The notes: generated by a model from the sequence alone, not told the origin. A stretch of DNA of 64,000 bases from an uncultured Gammaproteobacteria bacterium (GCA_963848305.1 CAWKDC010000001.1:1024001-1088000); one strand, 5' to 3'. Positions 20,491-31,251 are shown, counted from the stretch's first letter. A program made the numbers and translations.

Positions 20491-23400
20491 ATGTCAAGTT
20501 CTCTCAACACATTAGAACAAATCATCGCTGCTTTGGCTGCCCTCGAGAAATATCGGCAGCGGCTAGCAGCCCCAGCTATTCCGCAGACTACTGCTGCTGG
20601 CAGGCTCACGTTGTACACACATCCTTCTGCCTGCCCCAGCCCAATCCTCGATAAATCTACGCCCCCCGACTCGACCGCTCCTAAACCAGTGGTGCCCGCA
20701 GATTCAGCGTTTCTGGAAGGCGTGTTGAGTAAATTTAAGAATACAAGAGGCAGTTTTGGAGCACTTTATTGGAACGAACAAAATGCCCAAAAAGATAATA
20801 AAGCTTATGAGTTACCTGAGCTAGATATTGATTATTTTCATAAAGATAATGACTCCCGAGAACCAATTCCCCCCAAAGTGCTGATCGATGTCGCCTATGC
20901 TGGCACCCACAAAGAATTCGTGGATATCAACATATTGGCACCCACAAGTGGAACTTTCCTACTACCTGATCACAATAGATGGTTTAACCTCTGCACAGAA
21001 CAAAAAAAATGGTTGACTAATTTTCTCGTTATAGCGAGCCCAGGCTCCACCCTTGACATTAAATCCAACGCAACAGATGGCACCATTGATTTTTGGGTGA
21101 TTCCACCCGGAGGATCTTCTAGACCACCCAATATAGATGAAGTTAAAGCGTTAACACCCGCCGTGGCTCGTTTAACACAGTGGGAATTGAATGGTCGTCC
21201 AGATAGTGGAAATCCAGAGATGCCCAATGCATGGATTTATACACACAAAAAAAGTGATGACCCCCTTGCCACTCTGACTCAGACTGAATTGACGAAAGTG
21301 ACCGAAACGCTAAGCGCTGCTGAAAACAATGTAGCCCCTATCCCATTCATAGTATCGACAAGCAGTGCTACACCTGCGTCTTCAACTTCCTCAAGCAGCA
21401 GTTTTGCATCGTCCGGATCGAGTGCTTCGCAACAACAGCAAAGGACTCCTGATCAGATACTTCTTGACAGCCTAGCAGTGACATCTTCCTCTGCTGATAC
21501 GAGCGCTTCATCCTTGATGTCAAGCAGTTCATCTGGGTCTGCGCCGACAAGCACCACAATGACGGGAACCAATACGGGAACGGATGAACAGCAGAAAAAA
21601 CGCCAACTATTGGTGGAGCTAGAAAAGCGGCAAGAAGAAGCTCGCCTTCAAAAGGTGCAGCAGCAACAAGAACAACTGCGTCAACAACAGACAAGTGCGA
21701 CAAATGCCGGGTCTTTAGCCTCATCTTCCTCAAGCAGCAGTTTTGCATCGTCCGCATCGTCGGGCTCGAGCAGTTCTTCCTCTGATCTGGGCACTTTATC
21801 AAGCTCGAGCGCTTCGCTACAAACTGACACAACAAGCCAGACTACCAATGACCCGCTCAATGAGCTGCGCGATACTCTACTGGCACTTCAAATAATATGC
21901 GCAGCACATGAAGAAGCCAACAAAGCAATAATACTTAGCATCCCGAAGCCCCCTGAGCCAAATGCAGAAACCGATGGAGAGGCCGAGGATGAACCTCAAG
22001 CAGACTATGCAAGAGAACAGGCAGCATATGAAGAAGCAAAGAAAAAATATCAACAAGAACTACCGTCGCTAGAAGCAAAAAAGCAAGCGGAAGGAGAAAG
22101 ATATACACAGCAAATTAAACGGATCAAAGATGGTGAAACTGTCATTCCACCAACGGCCCAAAAAAACAAACCCATTGCCCTGATCTGCGCAAGGATTATC
22201 CTGGATATCCACGCTCTCAATGCCTCTATTGACGATGAGATAGGTGCTGTCAATAAACTTTTACGCATTGCAAATATGCAAAGCCCAGGATTCACTGCAT
22301 CAAACCTTAACGACGACAACCAGGTATTCAAGTCCATGGTAGCCGTGAAAGCGGATTTAGAAAGAGTGATAGCAGTCACAACGATAAAAAAAGTTCCTGA
22401 TGAGTCTGACAAGGATGACGAAGTAAATGAGGAGGTCGCACCAGCTTTACAAAAGATTGTAGAGATACTCAAGTCAATCAAAAGCAATGCTAGTATTGCT
22501 ACTGGGGAACAGATCAATACCCTCAAACAGAATTACAATACCGTTAAAAAGCGTGCAGCCACCCCCCAGCTACTAGCACTCAACTGCCTTCTCATCTATT
22601 TACGTTTAATAGATATTTCAGGCTCTAATCAAAAGACACCAAAGAGATTTTTCAATCATGTCTATGAAGAGATGTGTCGCATTTCTGAAGATAGTGCGAC
22701 AACAAGCAGCGCCGACTCAAGAAATTCCATAGGTTCAAATCCGCTTTTGAGTTTCATTCTTAATGCAAGCCGTGTTAAATATAACATTTTAACAAGTGAA
22801 AGCGAGGCAGGCAAAGGCAAAAGTCCCGAACAAATAGCAAAAGAGAATAAGCGAATCCAGGCAGAATACGAAGCGGCAATAAACACATGTATGGATGAAT
22901 ACGAGGAAATCACGCCCACATCCACAGCAGAAATCGCCCCGTCCTGGACCACATGGGTTAGAAAAGGCGCTACAGCGGCAGGCACGGCAATTTTAGACGG
23001 TGTGAATGCTGTAGGAGCAGGAATTGCAACATTAGGCAAATCGTTCGTGAACCTGTTTGGTGCTAAAGAAAAAGCCAGCGGAACCAGCGCACCAACTGCA
23101 TCATCTTCTCCAACAACATCAAAAAAACCTGCAATGTCAGAAGGGATCGGTGAAACCCTCAGAAATGCTGGCACGACCATTGTTGTGGGATTTGAAGCTG
23201 TTGGTGCTGCGATTGGACGGTTTTGGAAGAAAATGTTCAAAACAAAGAAAGATAATAGAAGAGACACTCAGGCGATACTTGATGATTTCCGCAAAAAGGA
23301 TGAGGAAAGGCAGGAAGACGATGAGATGTTTGCAGAATGGGGCGCACAACTTCGTGACGAGCATGGCAATATCATATCGCCGAAAAGGGAACGAAACTCA

Positions 23401-25644
23401 AGCCGCTTATCCTTGGGCACTGCAATATCAAATGCAAGTAGCTCTTCCTCAAGCAGCGCAGCAACGGACACAAGCAGCAGCTCATCCAGTAGCTCCACAA
23501 CAGCATCATCGAGCAGCATGCCGCCTGCCACAACGACCACAGGAGCTGCATCCGGCGCCTCGTCGGGCAGCTTCGCAGCAGCTACAGAAGACTTGACCGC
23601 TGCAAGCAGCGTAGCCCCCCCTTCAAACCTAGCATTGAGACTTTGGGGCGCAGCAGCCAATGGGTTCATGGGCATGATGCGAGCAGCAAGTGCCTCGAAC
23701 AGCGTATCGCAAGCTGAGCTAGGCTCAGCCGCCGTCAATGGAGTCATTCAAGGTAAAAATAACATTGAACTTGACGAGATAACCAATGAAACCGCTCAGA
23801 AAATAATGACCCTCGGGGCTCGAAAAGATGAAGAAGAAGTCAAGAAAAATCCAAATGTAGCACAAGCAGCATCAAAATACACTGCGCTCAAATATCAGAT
23901 CCTTGCTTTTGAGGGTCAGGAACCCACCTCATTTAAACCTATCAAAGCTGAACTCGCAAGAATTGAGAATATGCCATTTGATGACACGACAAATACAATC
24001 ACCATCATTCCAATATTGGATGTGCAGGGCAGCTCCCTCGTCCAAGCATTTGCTGAAATGCAGGTTCAAAATAAAATCACTGAAATGATCAGTATTTTAA
24101 ATGCTATCCAATCTAGCAGTAGATTATCGACATTGGAGAGTGACAGACTCAAGATGTTGATTAAAACAAATATTCAAAGCCCGACACAAGGAAGTGTTGA
24201 AGATCTCTATCTCAATGTTATCATTCCTGTCGTCAGCACTTTATTACGGATTGCAGAAAACATTGCTGATGGCAATAGAATATCTATCGATTATTTAAAA
24301 CAAGTCAAAAATATTGTGCCAGGATTATTTCATGAAAACTTCAATGCTGCAGCACCTCAAATTATCAATGCTTATGAAAACAGCACGATTTCATCTTTAC
24401 CTGAACCAAAGAGTCTCCCTCTCACATCCGAAAACATTGAAACAGAGATCACAGTTACGCCAATACCAGCATCTCAACCCACTAAAAGAGTGGAACAGCA
24501 AACTCTACACGCCACTGGAAATTACGCCGACACTGTCAAAAAATATCTTTCTATGTTGCAAATGTGCGAAGAGATGTTGAACATTTTTGAAGAGATCGGA
24601 ACAAGAGAACCGGGTATCGCAGTCAAAACATCTAAAACCACGGAAAGGCTTTCTACACTATGTGGGGATTATACAACTAGTAACTTGCTCGCTAAACCAC
24701 GAGAAAAAGTTGTTTATCGTCAGGCAAACACTGCCGTGCAGATAAACAACCTGTATCAATCACCAAACAACCCTCCTAGTCACGAGCAGGCTAAAGCACT
24801 GCGAGATACCTATGTGGTATTGTGCAATTGCGTGAGGAAGCTTGAACAGGCGAACCCTCCTGTCAATTGCGCAGACTTGAAACTCGAGCTTCAAAAATTG
24901 GAATCTCTTTCGCCGATGACTAAAGACAATGTTCTCACTACCTTGCAGCGAGCTGTGAATAAACTCAAAATCATCAATAGAGAACATGCTGAACTCAGCA
25001 AGCTTGAACAAAATCTTGGTATTGCTGGGACAGCCGCACCTGTCAAAACTTCTTTCTTTCCCCTTTTCAACCTGCGCAAACCTAAGCCACAGGAATCTCC
25101 TGTAGTTATCCCACCCCTTACTTTAGAGATAAAGTTAAAAATCAACATCGCTTTTCTTAAGTGGAGAATGAATGATAAGAATGACACATTAAAGGCTGAA
25201 TATCTTGCTAAGTTGCAAGTACTACATCCTGAAATAAAGTCTATTAAATCACTGGGACTGCCGGACGCCTACAATAGTCAGCTCACCGGAGATGACAGAG
25301 CTCTGCTTCTTGACCTCGTTCTTGATGAAGTGCCTGAAAAAGTAAATTCAGAATATCAGCAGTATGTGGATATGCTGGGTAACGGGAAAGTTCTAAGCGA
25401 AGAACAGACATATCGAATGAAAATGATTTGTGTAAGGCTTGGGGAACCACCTGCCCTGAGCGCTGCAGCAGCATCTGATACCGCGAGCAGTAGTAGCTCC
25501 GCTTCGAGCAGTGCCCCACCCTCGCCAACGGCTTCGCCCCATTTACTTGCTGCCGAGGAATTGCACAGTACATTAACAAGTAGTGTGAAAGAAAAAAAAG
25601 AGGAAGAGGAAGTGGAAAAGGGAAACAAGAAGAAGAACGAATAA
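20491..25644 (+). CDS. 1717-aa low-complexity/coiled-coil protein, candidate translocated effector
   Basis: Uninterrupted ORF with RBS GAGG; poly-Ser/Gln tracts; Glu-rich C-terminus; no recognisable enzyme motif. Confidence 0.75.
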   Translation: MSSSLNTLEQIIAALAALEKYRQRLAAPAIPQTTAAGRLTLYTHPSACPSPILDKSTPPDSTAPKPVVPADSAFLEGVLSKFKNTRGSFGALYWNEQNAQKDNKAYELPELDIDYFHKDNDSREPIPPKVLIDVAYAGTHKEFVDINILAPTSGTFLLPDHNRWFNLCTEQKKWLTNFLVIASPGSTLDIKSNATDGTIDFWVIPPGGSSRPPNIDEVKALTPAVARLTQWELNGRPDSGNPEMPNAWIYTHKKSDDPLATLTQTELTKVTETLSAAENNVAPIPFIVSTSSATPASSTSSSSSFASSGSSASQQQQRTPDQILLDSLAVTSSSADTSASSLMSSSSSGSAPTSTTMTGTNTGTDEQQKKRQLLVELEKRQEEARLQKVQQQQEQLRQQQTSATNAGSLASSSSSSSFASSASSGSSSSSSDLGTLSSSSASLQTDTTSQTTNDPLNELRDTLLALQIICAAHEEANKAIILSIPKPPEPNAETDGEAEDEPQADYAREQAAYEEAKKKYQQELPSLEAKKQAEGERYTQQIKRIKDGETVIPPTAQKNKPIALICARIILDIHALNASIDDEIGAVNKLLRIANMQSPGFTASNLNDDNQVFKSMVAVKADLERVIAVTTIKKVPDESDKDDEVNEEVAPALQKIVEILKSIKSNASIATGEQINTLKQNYNTVKKRAATPQLLALNCLLIYLRLIDISGSNQKTPKRFFNHVYEEMCRISEDSATTSSADSRNSIGSNPLLSFILNASRVKYNILTSESEAGKGKSPEQIAKENKRIQAEYEAAINTCMDEYEEITPTSTAEIAPSWTTWVRKGATAAGTAILDGVNAVGAGIATLGKSFVNLFGAKEKASGTSAPTASSSPTTSKKPAMSEGIGETLRNAGTTIVVGFEAVGAAIGRFWKKMFKTKKDNRRDTQAILDDFRKKDEERQEDDEMFAEWGAQLRDEHGNIISPKRERNSSRLSLGTAISNASSSSSSSAATDTSSSSSSSSTTASSSSMPPATTTTGAASGASSGSFAAATEDLTAASSVAPPSNLALRLWGAAANGFMGMMRAASASNSVSQAELGSAAVNGVIQGKNNIELDEITNETAQKIMTLGARKDEEEVKKNPNVAQAASKYTALKYQILAFEGQEPTSFKPIKAELARIENMPFDDTTNTITIIPILDVQGSSLVQAFAEMQVQNKITEMISILNAIQSSSRLSTLESDRLKMLIKTNIQSPTQGSVEDLYLNVIIPVVSTLLRIAENIADGNRISIDYLKQVKNIVPGLFHENFNAAAPQIINAYENSTISSLPEPKSLPLTSENIETEITVTPIPASQPTKRVEQQTLHATGNYADTVKKYLSMLQMCEEMLNIFEEIGTREPGIAVKTSKTTERLSTLCGDYTTSNLLAKPREKVVYRQANTAVQINNLYQSPNNPPSHEQAKALRDTYVVLCNCVRKLEQANPPVNCADLKLELQKLESLSPMTKDNVLTTLQRAVNKLKIINREHAELSKLEQNLGIAGTAAPVKTSFFPLFNLRKPKPQESPVVIPPLTLEIKLKINIAFLKWRMNDKNDTLKAEYLAKLQVLHPEIKSIKSLGLPDAYNSQLTGDDRALLLDLVLDEVPEKVNSEYQQYVDMLGNGKVLSEEQTYRMKMICVRLGEPPALSAAAASDTASSSSSASSSAPPSPTASPHLLAAEELHSTLTSSVKEKKEEEEVEKGNKKKNE

Positions 25645-25673
25645 ACTTGTCCTAAACAACCCCCTAGAAAAAT

Positions 25674-25822
25674 CCCTGGCCTCGTCATCCCGGAAATTTT
25701 GCGTAGCAGACACGAAGCGCCCCCTGGCCTCGTCATCCCGGAAATTTTGCGTAGCAAGCGCGAAGCGTCCCCCTGACCTCGTCATCCCGGAAATTTTGCG
25801 TAGCAAAATTATCCGGGATCCA
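25674..25822 (+). repeat. Left arm: three tandem 48-49-bp CGTC-REP units, only the innermost a full palindrome
   Basis: CTCGTCATCCCGGAAATTTTGCGTAGCA in units starting 25674, 25722 and 25771. Confidence 0.95.
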
Positions 25823-25897
25823 CTCATACCTCATTGCAATTAATTTAAACATTAGATATCATTCACACACTATCAATCAAAATAAGAAGAGCAAAAA

Positions 25898-26209
25898 ATG
25901 AGAACATTCTATGTTTATATTTTAGCAAGTAGAAGAAATGGTACGTTGTATGTAGGAGTCACCGCGCATCTTAGTCATCGCATACAAGAACATAAACAAA
26001 AAATGTTGCCCGGATTTACTTCAAAATACGGAGTGAATCGCTTGGTGTATTACGAAAAGCATAAAATGATTATTGAGGCAATTAAGCGGGAAAAACAAAT
26101 CAAAAGGTGGCGCAGGGCATGGAAAATTGCATTAATAGAAAAAATAAATCCAGAGTGGGAAGATCTTTGTAGAGGTGATTATATTGCATATCCTCGCCCG
26201 AAAACATAG
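25898..26209 (+). CDS. Stand-alone GIY-YIG nuclease (YhbQ-like)
   Basis: FYVYIL...TLYVGVT...RIQEH...LVYYE...AIKREKQIKRWRRAWK. Confidence 0.93.
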   Translation: MRTFYVYILASRRNGTLYVGVTAHLSHRIQEHKQKMLPGFTSKYGVNRLVYYEKHKMIIEAIKREKQIKRWRRAWKIALIEKINPEWEDLCRGDYIAYPRPKT

Positions 26210-26235
26210 TTTCACTTGGTCTGAGATCGTTTCCC

Positions 26236-26377
26236 TGGATCCCGGATAATTTTGCTACGCAAAATTTCCGGGATGACGAGGCCAGGGGGACGCTTCGCGT
26301 CTGCTACGCAAAATTTCCGGGATGACGAGGCCAGGGGGGCGCTTCGCGTTTGCTACGCAACATTTCCGGGATGACGA
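26236..26377 (-). repeat. Right arm: inverted copy of the three-unit CGTC-REP array
   Basis: Near-identical reverse complement of 25682-25822. Confidence 0.95.
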
Positions 26378-26410
26378 AGTATGTGTGGGCAGCCCGCTGC
26401 GTGGGGGTTG

Positions 26411-27467
26411 TCACGCATGACGCTCATGCACCGCATCCACCAAGGCAGCCACGTGCTCAGGTGGAATACCGGGATGAATGCCGTGGCCGAGGTTAAACAC
26501 ATGGCCGGGATGTGAGCCGAAATCACGTAATATTTTCGCGACTTCAGATTGAATCACTGCAGGAGATGAGTACAGCACAGCGGGATCAAGATTACCTTGC
26601 AACGCCACTTTATCGCCCACACGTATGCGCGCATCGCCGATGTTGATCATCCAATCCAAGCCCAATGCATCACAACCAGTATCACTCATCCATTCTAACC
26701 ATTGACCGCCGCCTTTGGTGAATAAAATATTCGGGATGCGCGAGGCGCCACGCGATTTCGTTAAACATTCGACAATGCGTTGCATGGGTTCGAGTGAAAA
26801 GCGTTTGTATTGCTCAGGCGCTAAGATGCCGCCCCAAGTATCAAAAATCATCACCGCATCTACGCCAGCATCGATTTGTGCGTTTAAATATTCAGCCACG
26901 CTGTCGCTTAACACCGCCAATAATTGATCCATCAACGCAGGCGATTCGTACATCATTGCTTTGACTTTCGCAAATTCTCGCGTGCTGCTGCCTTCGACCA
27001 TGTAAGTGGCCAATGTCCAAGGACTGCCGGCAAAGCCAATCAAGGGGACGCGCTGATTCAATCCTTGCTTGATCAGACGAATGGTTTCATAAACATATGG
27101 CATGGTATCGAGCGGATCGGGGACAGCCAATCGTGCAATGTCAGCGGCTTGTTTGATGGGACGCGCAAATTGCTCAGTCGCCTTCCACGAAATGTAACCC
27201 TAACCCCATGGCGTTCGGGATGGTGAGAATATCAGAAAACAAAATCGCTGCGTCTAAATCGAAGCGGGCCAAGGGTTGCAACGTGACCTCACACGCCCAT
27301 TCGGGCGTTTGCATCAAGTTCATAAAGCTACCCGCCTGTGCCCGCAGCGCACGGTATTCGGGCAAATAACGTCCCGCCTGACGCATGATCCACACGGGTG
27401 TTTTATCGACGGGTTGACGCAGTAACGCTTTGATCAAACGATCATTGTGCAAAGGCCGATCACTCAT
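26411..27467 (-). CDS. hemE: Uroporphyrinogen decarboxylase (frameshift near 27173-27177)
   Basis: [32 protein letters not shown]; two ORFs join at a garbled GEGP motif. Confidence 0.95.
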
Positions 27468-28035
27468 CTGGCAAAGACTCCCCACCATCAAAACTAATAC
27501 CTGAATCATCTAATGTCATACCCAAATGATTGGCAATGGCCTCAACCACTTGTGCGGGCGTGCGCCTGTCAACATCGACCGTGAATTGCGCCAAGGTTTG
27601 ATACACCGGTTCGCGCTGGGCCAAGGTCGCTGCCAGCTGCTCTTCCAAGCTGCCTTGTCCTTTCAGCAACGGGCGTTCGGCATTGCCTGCCAGCCGTTGT
27701 GCCAAGGTTGCCGGTTGCGCACGTAAATAAACCACACGGTGTGTGGCAAACAGGGGGCGAATATTGATGTCCATCACTGCCCCGCCGCCTGTGGCTAACA
27801 CGCCATGAAAAGGGCGCAATAAACGCTGTGTGACAACGGCTTCTTTGTGGCGGAAATAGGGCTCACCTTTGGTTTGAATCAAATCGGCAATGGAGTGGTT
27901 CAATGCCTCGACAATCATGGCGTCGGTGTCGAAAAAGGGGATGTCCGCCCGTTCGGCCAATTGCTGACCCACCGTGGTTTTACCAGAGCCGGGCATGCCG
28001 ATCAGGACGATTTTTTGAGCTGTGGATTGTGTCAT
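27460..28035 (-). CDS. aroK: Shikimate kinase
   Basis: [21 protein letters not shown]. Confidence 0.93.
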   Translation of the reverse strand: MTQSTAQKIVLIGMPGSGKTTVGQQLAERADIPFFDTDAMIVEALNHSIADLIQTKGEPYFRHKEAVVTQRLLRPFHGVLATGGGAVMDINIRPLFATHRVVYLRAQPATLAQRLAGNAERPLLKGQGSLEEQLAATLAQREPVYQTLAQFTVDVDRRTPAQVVEAIANHLGMTLDDSGISFDGGESLPDE

Positions 28036-28077
28036 AGGGGAAGTATATCTGTTTAGCCCTCAATCGTCCATATCAAA

Positions 28078-28172
28078 GATGACGCTGCTGATGTAGTGCC
28101 TATATGCAGCGCAATCTCACAAATATATTGACAGATTGCGCTACTTATAGAATACTTATTCGCAGCGCAATC
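28078..28172. promoter_or_regulatory. Four 11-bp boxes (GCAGCGCAATC) in alternating orientation at 28-bp period, overlapping a TTGACA -35
   Basis: Boxes start at 28078, 28106, 28134 and 28162; TTGACA at 28128-28133. Confidence 0.7.
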
Positions 28173-28194
28173 GTGCTTGTCTTGAGGAGGGCTT

Positions 28195-29670
28195 ATGGCA
28201 AGTCTAGTCGGAAGAGTTGAAGAATATCAGATACTTGAATCAATGTATCAGTCTGATCAAGCTGAATTTTTAGCCCTTTATGGTCGCCGTCGGATAGGAA
28301 AAACCTTTCTCATTCATTCCTTTTTTAGTCAAAAGAAAAGCATTTTTTTTCGTGTGACAGGGCAAAGAAATGGCACACTGAAGGAGCAAATTCGAGCCTT
28401 CACCTCCATGATTGGCGAAACATTTTATGGTGGCGCAGAGATCAAAGTAAAAGATAACTGGTTTGAGACTCTGGAGATGCTCAGACAAGCCATTTTGAGT
28501 ACTGCCGGTAAAAAAGAGCGTGTCGTTCTTTTTCTTGATGAGTTTCCGTGGATGGTCAATCGTAAATCTCGTTTATTAGAGGGGTTAGAATACTTTTGGA
28601 ATCAATATTGGTCTCATGATCCACGCATTAAACTGATTATCTGTGGCTCTTCTGCTGAGTGGATTGTGCGCAAAATCATTAATCAGAAGGGAGGTCTTCA
28701 CAATCGCATCACGCGTAAAATACAACTCAAACCTTTCAAACTCAATGAACTCAAAGCTTTTTTCTTGAGCAAGGGAGTCAAACTCAACCATAAACAAATC
28801 ACTGACATTTACATGGTCACGGGCGGTGTCCCTTATTATTTATCCAGTGTCTCAAAAGGGCAGAGTGCAACACAAATTATTGAGCAATTGGCCTTCAGTG
28901 AAAATGGCATATTGTTTAAAGAGTTTGACAATTTATTCAATTCGTTATTTGAAAATGCTGATGCATATATTGAATTGTTGCGCATTCTGGCTAAAACAAA
29001 AACAGGGGTTGAACAAACGGACATCATTGCTCAATCAACCCATTTTTCAAATGGAGGAATGGCCATTCAAAAATTAAACGACTTGGTAGAAACAGGCTTC
29101 ATTATGAAATTGAAACCCCACTTTAATAAGAAGAAAGGTATTTATTATCGTCTCATCGATGAATACACACTTTTTTATCTACATTGGATTGAACCCATCA
29201 AAGATACTTTGCAAAGAACATCTTTAGAGATGGGCTATTGGGAGCATCTTCATGAATCACCCTCATGGAGAGCGTGGGCAGGCTATGCGTTTGAATCAGT
29301 CTGCTATCAACATATTTCCGAAATCAGGAAAGCGCTTCATCTGAAGCCTACCGCAATCGCAGATACCTGGCGTTATATTCCCACAAAAGGCTCAGATGAT
29401 CATGGCGCACAAATTGATCTCCTGTTTGACAGAAGAGATGATGCTATCACGTTATGTGAAATAAAATATACAGACTCTCCTTATGTACTAGACAAAGCTG
29501 AAGCCATTGCCTTGAAAAGTCGCATTGACATATTTGTCAAGAAAACGGGTACCCGAAAACAAATTTTTCCTGTGATGATTTGCTCCAGTGGCATGAAATC
29601 AACCCTTTATGCAGACGATATGATCACCTCGGTCGTCACATTAGATGATTTATTTGTCACTCCTCGATGA
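28195..29670 (+). CDS. P-loop ATPase (archaeal ATPase_2-like) with C-terminal PD-(D/E)xK nuclease-like domain
   Basis: Walker A YGRRRIGKT, Walker B FLDEFPW, ICGSS; C-terminal AFE...QIDL...CEIK. Confidence 0.88.
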   Translation: MASLVGRVEEYQILESMYQSDQAEFLALYGRRRIGKTFLIHSFFSQKKSIFFRVTGQRNGTLKEQIRAFTSMIGETFYGGAEIKVKDNWFETLEMLRQAILSTAGKKERVVLFLDEFPWMVNRKSRLLEGLEYFWNQYWSHDPRIKLIICGSSAEWIVRKIINQKGGLHNRITRKIQLKPFKLNELKAFFLSKGVKLNHKQITDIYMVTGGVPYYLSSVSKGQSATQIIEQLAFSENGILFKEFDNLFNSLFENADAYIELLRILAKTKTGVEQTDIIAQSTHFSNGGMAIQKLNDLVETGFIMKLKPHFNKKKGIYYRLIDEYTLFYLHWIEPIKDTLQRTSLEMGYWEHLHESPSWRAWAGYAFESVCYQHISEIRKALHLKPTAIADTWRYIPTKGSDDHGAQIDLLFDRRDDAITLCEIKYTDSPYVLDKAEAIALKSRIDIFVKKTGTRKQIFPVMICSSGMKSTLYADDMITSVVTLDDLFVTPR

Positions 29671-30865
29671 TTGTCGGCGTCACGAACACCAGTAATTCGT
29701 TTTTATCGTCCTCCCGGTAACGGTCTTTGAAGAGATGACCAAGCAAGGGAATTTTGCTGAGCACGGGAACATCTTGACGTTGGTTTAAATGTCGATTGGA
29801 ATAAATGCCGCCGAGAACAATGGTTTCACCATCATGCAGCCGCACTTGAGTGTGGATCGCCTGTGTGTCAATCGTGGGTTGCCCGTTCTCAGCGAGCTTG
29901 CCGATGACATCATGCTTCACGTGTAAATCTAAAATGATGTCGTGATTGGGCGTGATGTGTGGCGTGACACTCAATTCCAACACGGCTTCTTTGAAACGCA
30001 CACTGGTGGCGCCACTCGTTGCAGTTTCTTCATACGCCAATTCTTTCCCTTGTTTGATCGTCGCATTTTGTTGATCCGCGGTCAATATTTTGGGCATGGC
30101 CAACACTTCTGTTTGATTATTTTTTTCAGCCGCAGAAATATGTGAATCCAGAGAAATGCCCCCGCCGATTTTGGCGAGCGTGATCTGAAATTGCCCAAAA
30201 TCACCTGCCGGATTTCTTCCTTGAAATGCGATCTCATCTTTATCATGTTTTGCCGAAAAACTGACACCCAGTGATTTTGAAAAACCTTTCGATGCATTTA
30301 AAATTCTCGCTTGAATAAATATTTGCTTCACGGGAATGTCCAAGGTTTTGAGCAGCTCAGTTGCTTTTAATAAATGCGCGTCATCATCTGTGATCACCAG
30401 CGCATTGGTGCGCTCATCGACACGCACACTGCCCACATCCGACAACACCCCTTGTTTATCAAATATTTTTTGCAATGATATGGCACGACTGTATTTGAGT
30501 GAAAATACGTGCGTGGCGAGGCCTGCATGATCTGTCGATGCTTTCCCGACCCATAAATACCCATTTCGTTTTACCGCGCTCAACTGAAATGTATCACACA
30601 ATGCAAGCAATATCTGATTGGCAGATACACGGTTGAGGTGCAACGTCACTGGTTCCGTGAATTCTCCTTGCACAATGATATTTTCCCCCACTGCTTTCGC
30701 AACACGTTCCAATACCACTGCCATGGGCGCATCTTGCGCATGCAATGTTAAATAAGGTTTATCATAAGAAACCACCACTTGATTGTCTTCGAAGGGATCT
30801 GGCCCTGTGTCTGCGAAACACAACCATGTCAACCCCCATAATATCATGCACAAAATATATTTCAT
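29657..30865 (-). CDS. pilQ: Short PilQ/HofQ-type secretin
   Basis: VDERTNALVI, ATSVRFKEAVLELSVTPHITP, VPVLSKIPLLGHLF; mrcA-pilMNOPQ-aroK synteny. Confidence 0.88.
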   Translation of the reverse strand: MKYILCMILWGLTWLCFADTGPDPFEDNQVVVSYDKPYLTLHAQDAPMAVVLERVAKAVGENIIVQGEFTEPVTLHLNRVSANQILLALCDTFQLSAVKRNGYLWVGKASTDHAGLATHVFSLKYSRAISLQKIFDKQGVLSDVGSVRVDERTNALVITDDDAHLLKATELLKTLDIPVKQIFIQARILNASKGFSKSLGVSFSAKHDKDEIAFQGRNPAGDFGQFQITLAKIGGGISLDSHISAAEKNNQTEVLAMPKILTADQQNATIKQGKELAYEETATSGATSVRFKEAVLELSVTPHITPNHDIILDLHVKHDVIGKLAENGQPTIDTQAIHTQVRLHDGETIVLGGIYSNRHLNQRQDVPVLSKIPLLGHLFKDRYREDDKNELLVFVTPTIIEE

Positions 30866-31251
30866 TGTTCATTCTCTGGATGAAAACGGATCGTGGCAGA
30901 TATGCCCAACACATGTTTTTTAAGCTGCACTGAGTTGAGCTGTTGCTGGTTAGGCACGCTGTGCAACAGACAATCATACACGTACGCAAACGATCCAGAT
31001 AACACCCATATTGGCTGCGTTTTTTCCCACGCACATGCTATGTTGTTCTTTTGTATTGTCGTTTGATCAGGCATTGTTTGTGCCCTTAATGTGCCGAGCG
31101 AATGGGTTAATGCGCTGATTTCCTGCTGTCTCGGGTTAATGATCAGATGATATTGCAAGCTGATCAGCACCACCGCGAATAACACCCCATATGCACACAA
31201 ACGCAGTGGATTGTCTCGCCACAACGCATCAAACCTTTCATGGTTTTTCAT
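30862..31251 (-). CDS. Highly divergent PilO/HofO-like bitopic protein
   Basis: N-terminal TM plus coiled coil; assigned from position only. Confidence 0.45.
   Translation of the reverse strand: MKNHERFDALWRDNPLRLCAYGVLFAVVLISLQYHLIINPRQQEISALTHSLGTLRAQTMPDQTTIQKNNIACAWEKTQPIWVLSGSFAYVYDCLLHSVPNQQQLNSVQLKKHVLGISATIRFHPENEQ

Noticed and set aside
25674-26377. CRISPR array
   Set aside because: Inter-repeat segments are near-identical rather than unique spacers, the arrays are inverted about a gene, and no cas genes are present.
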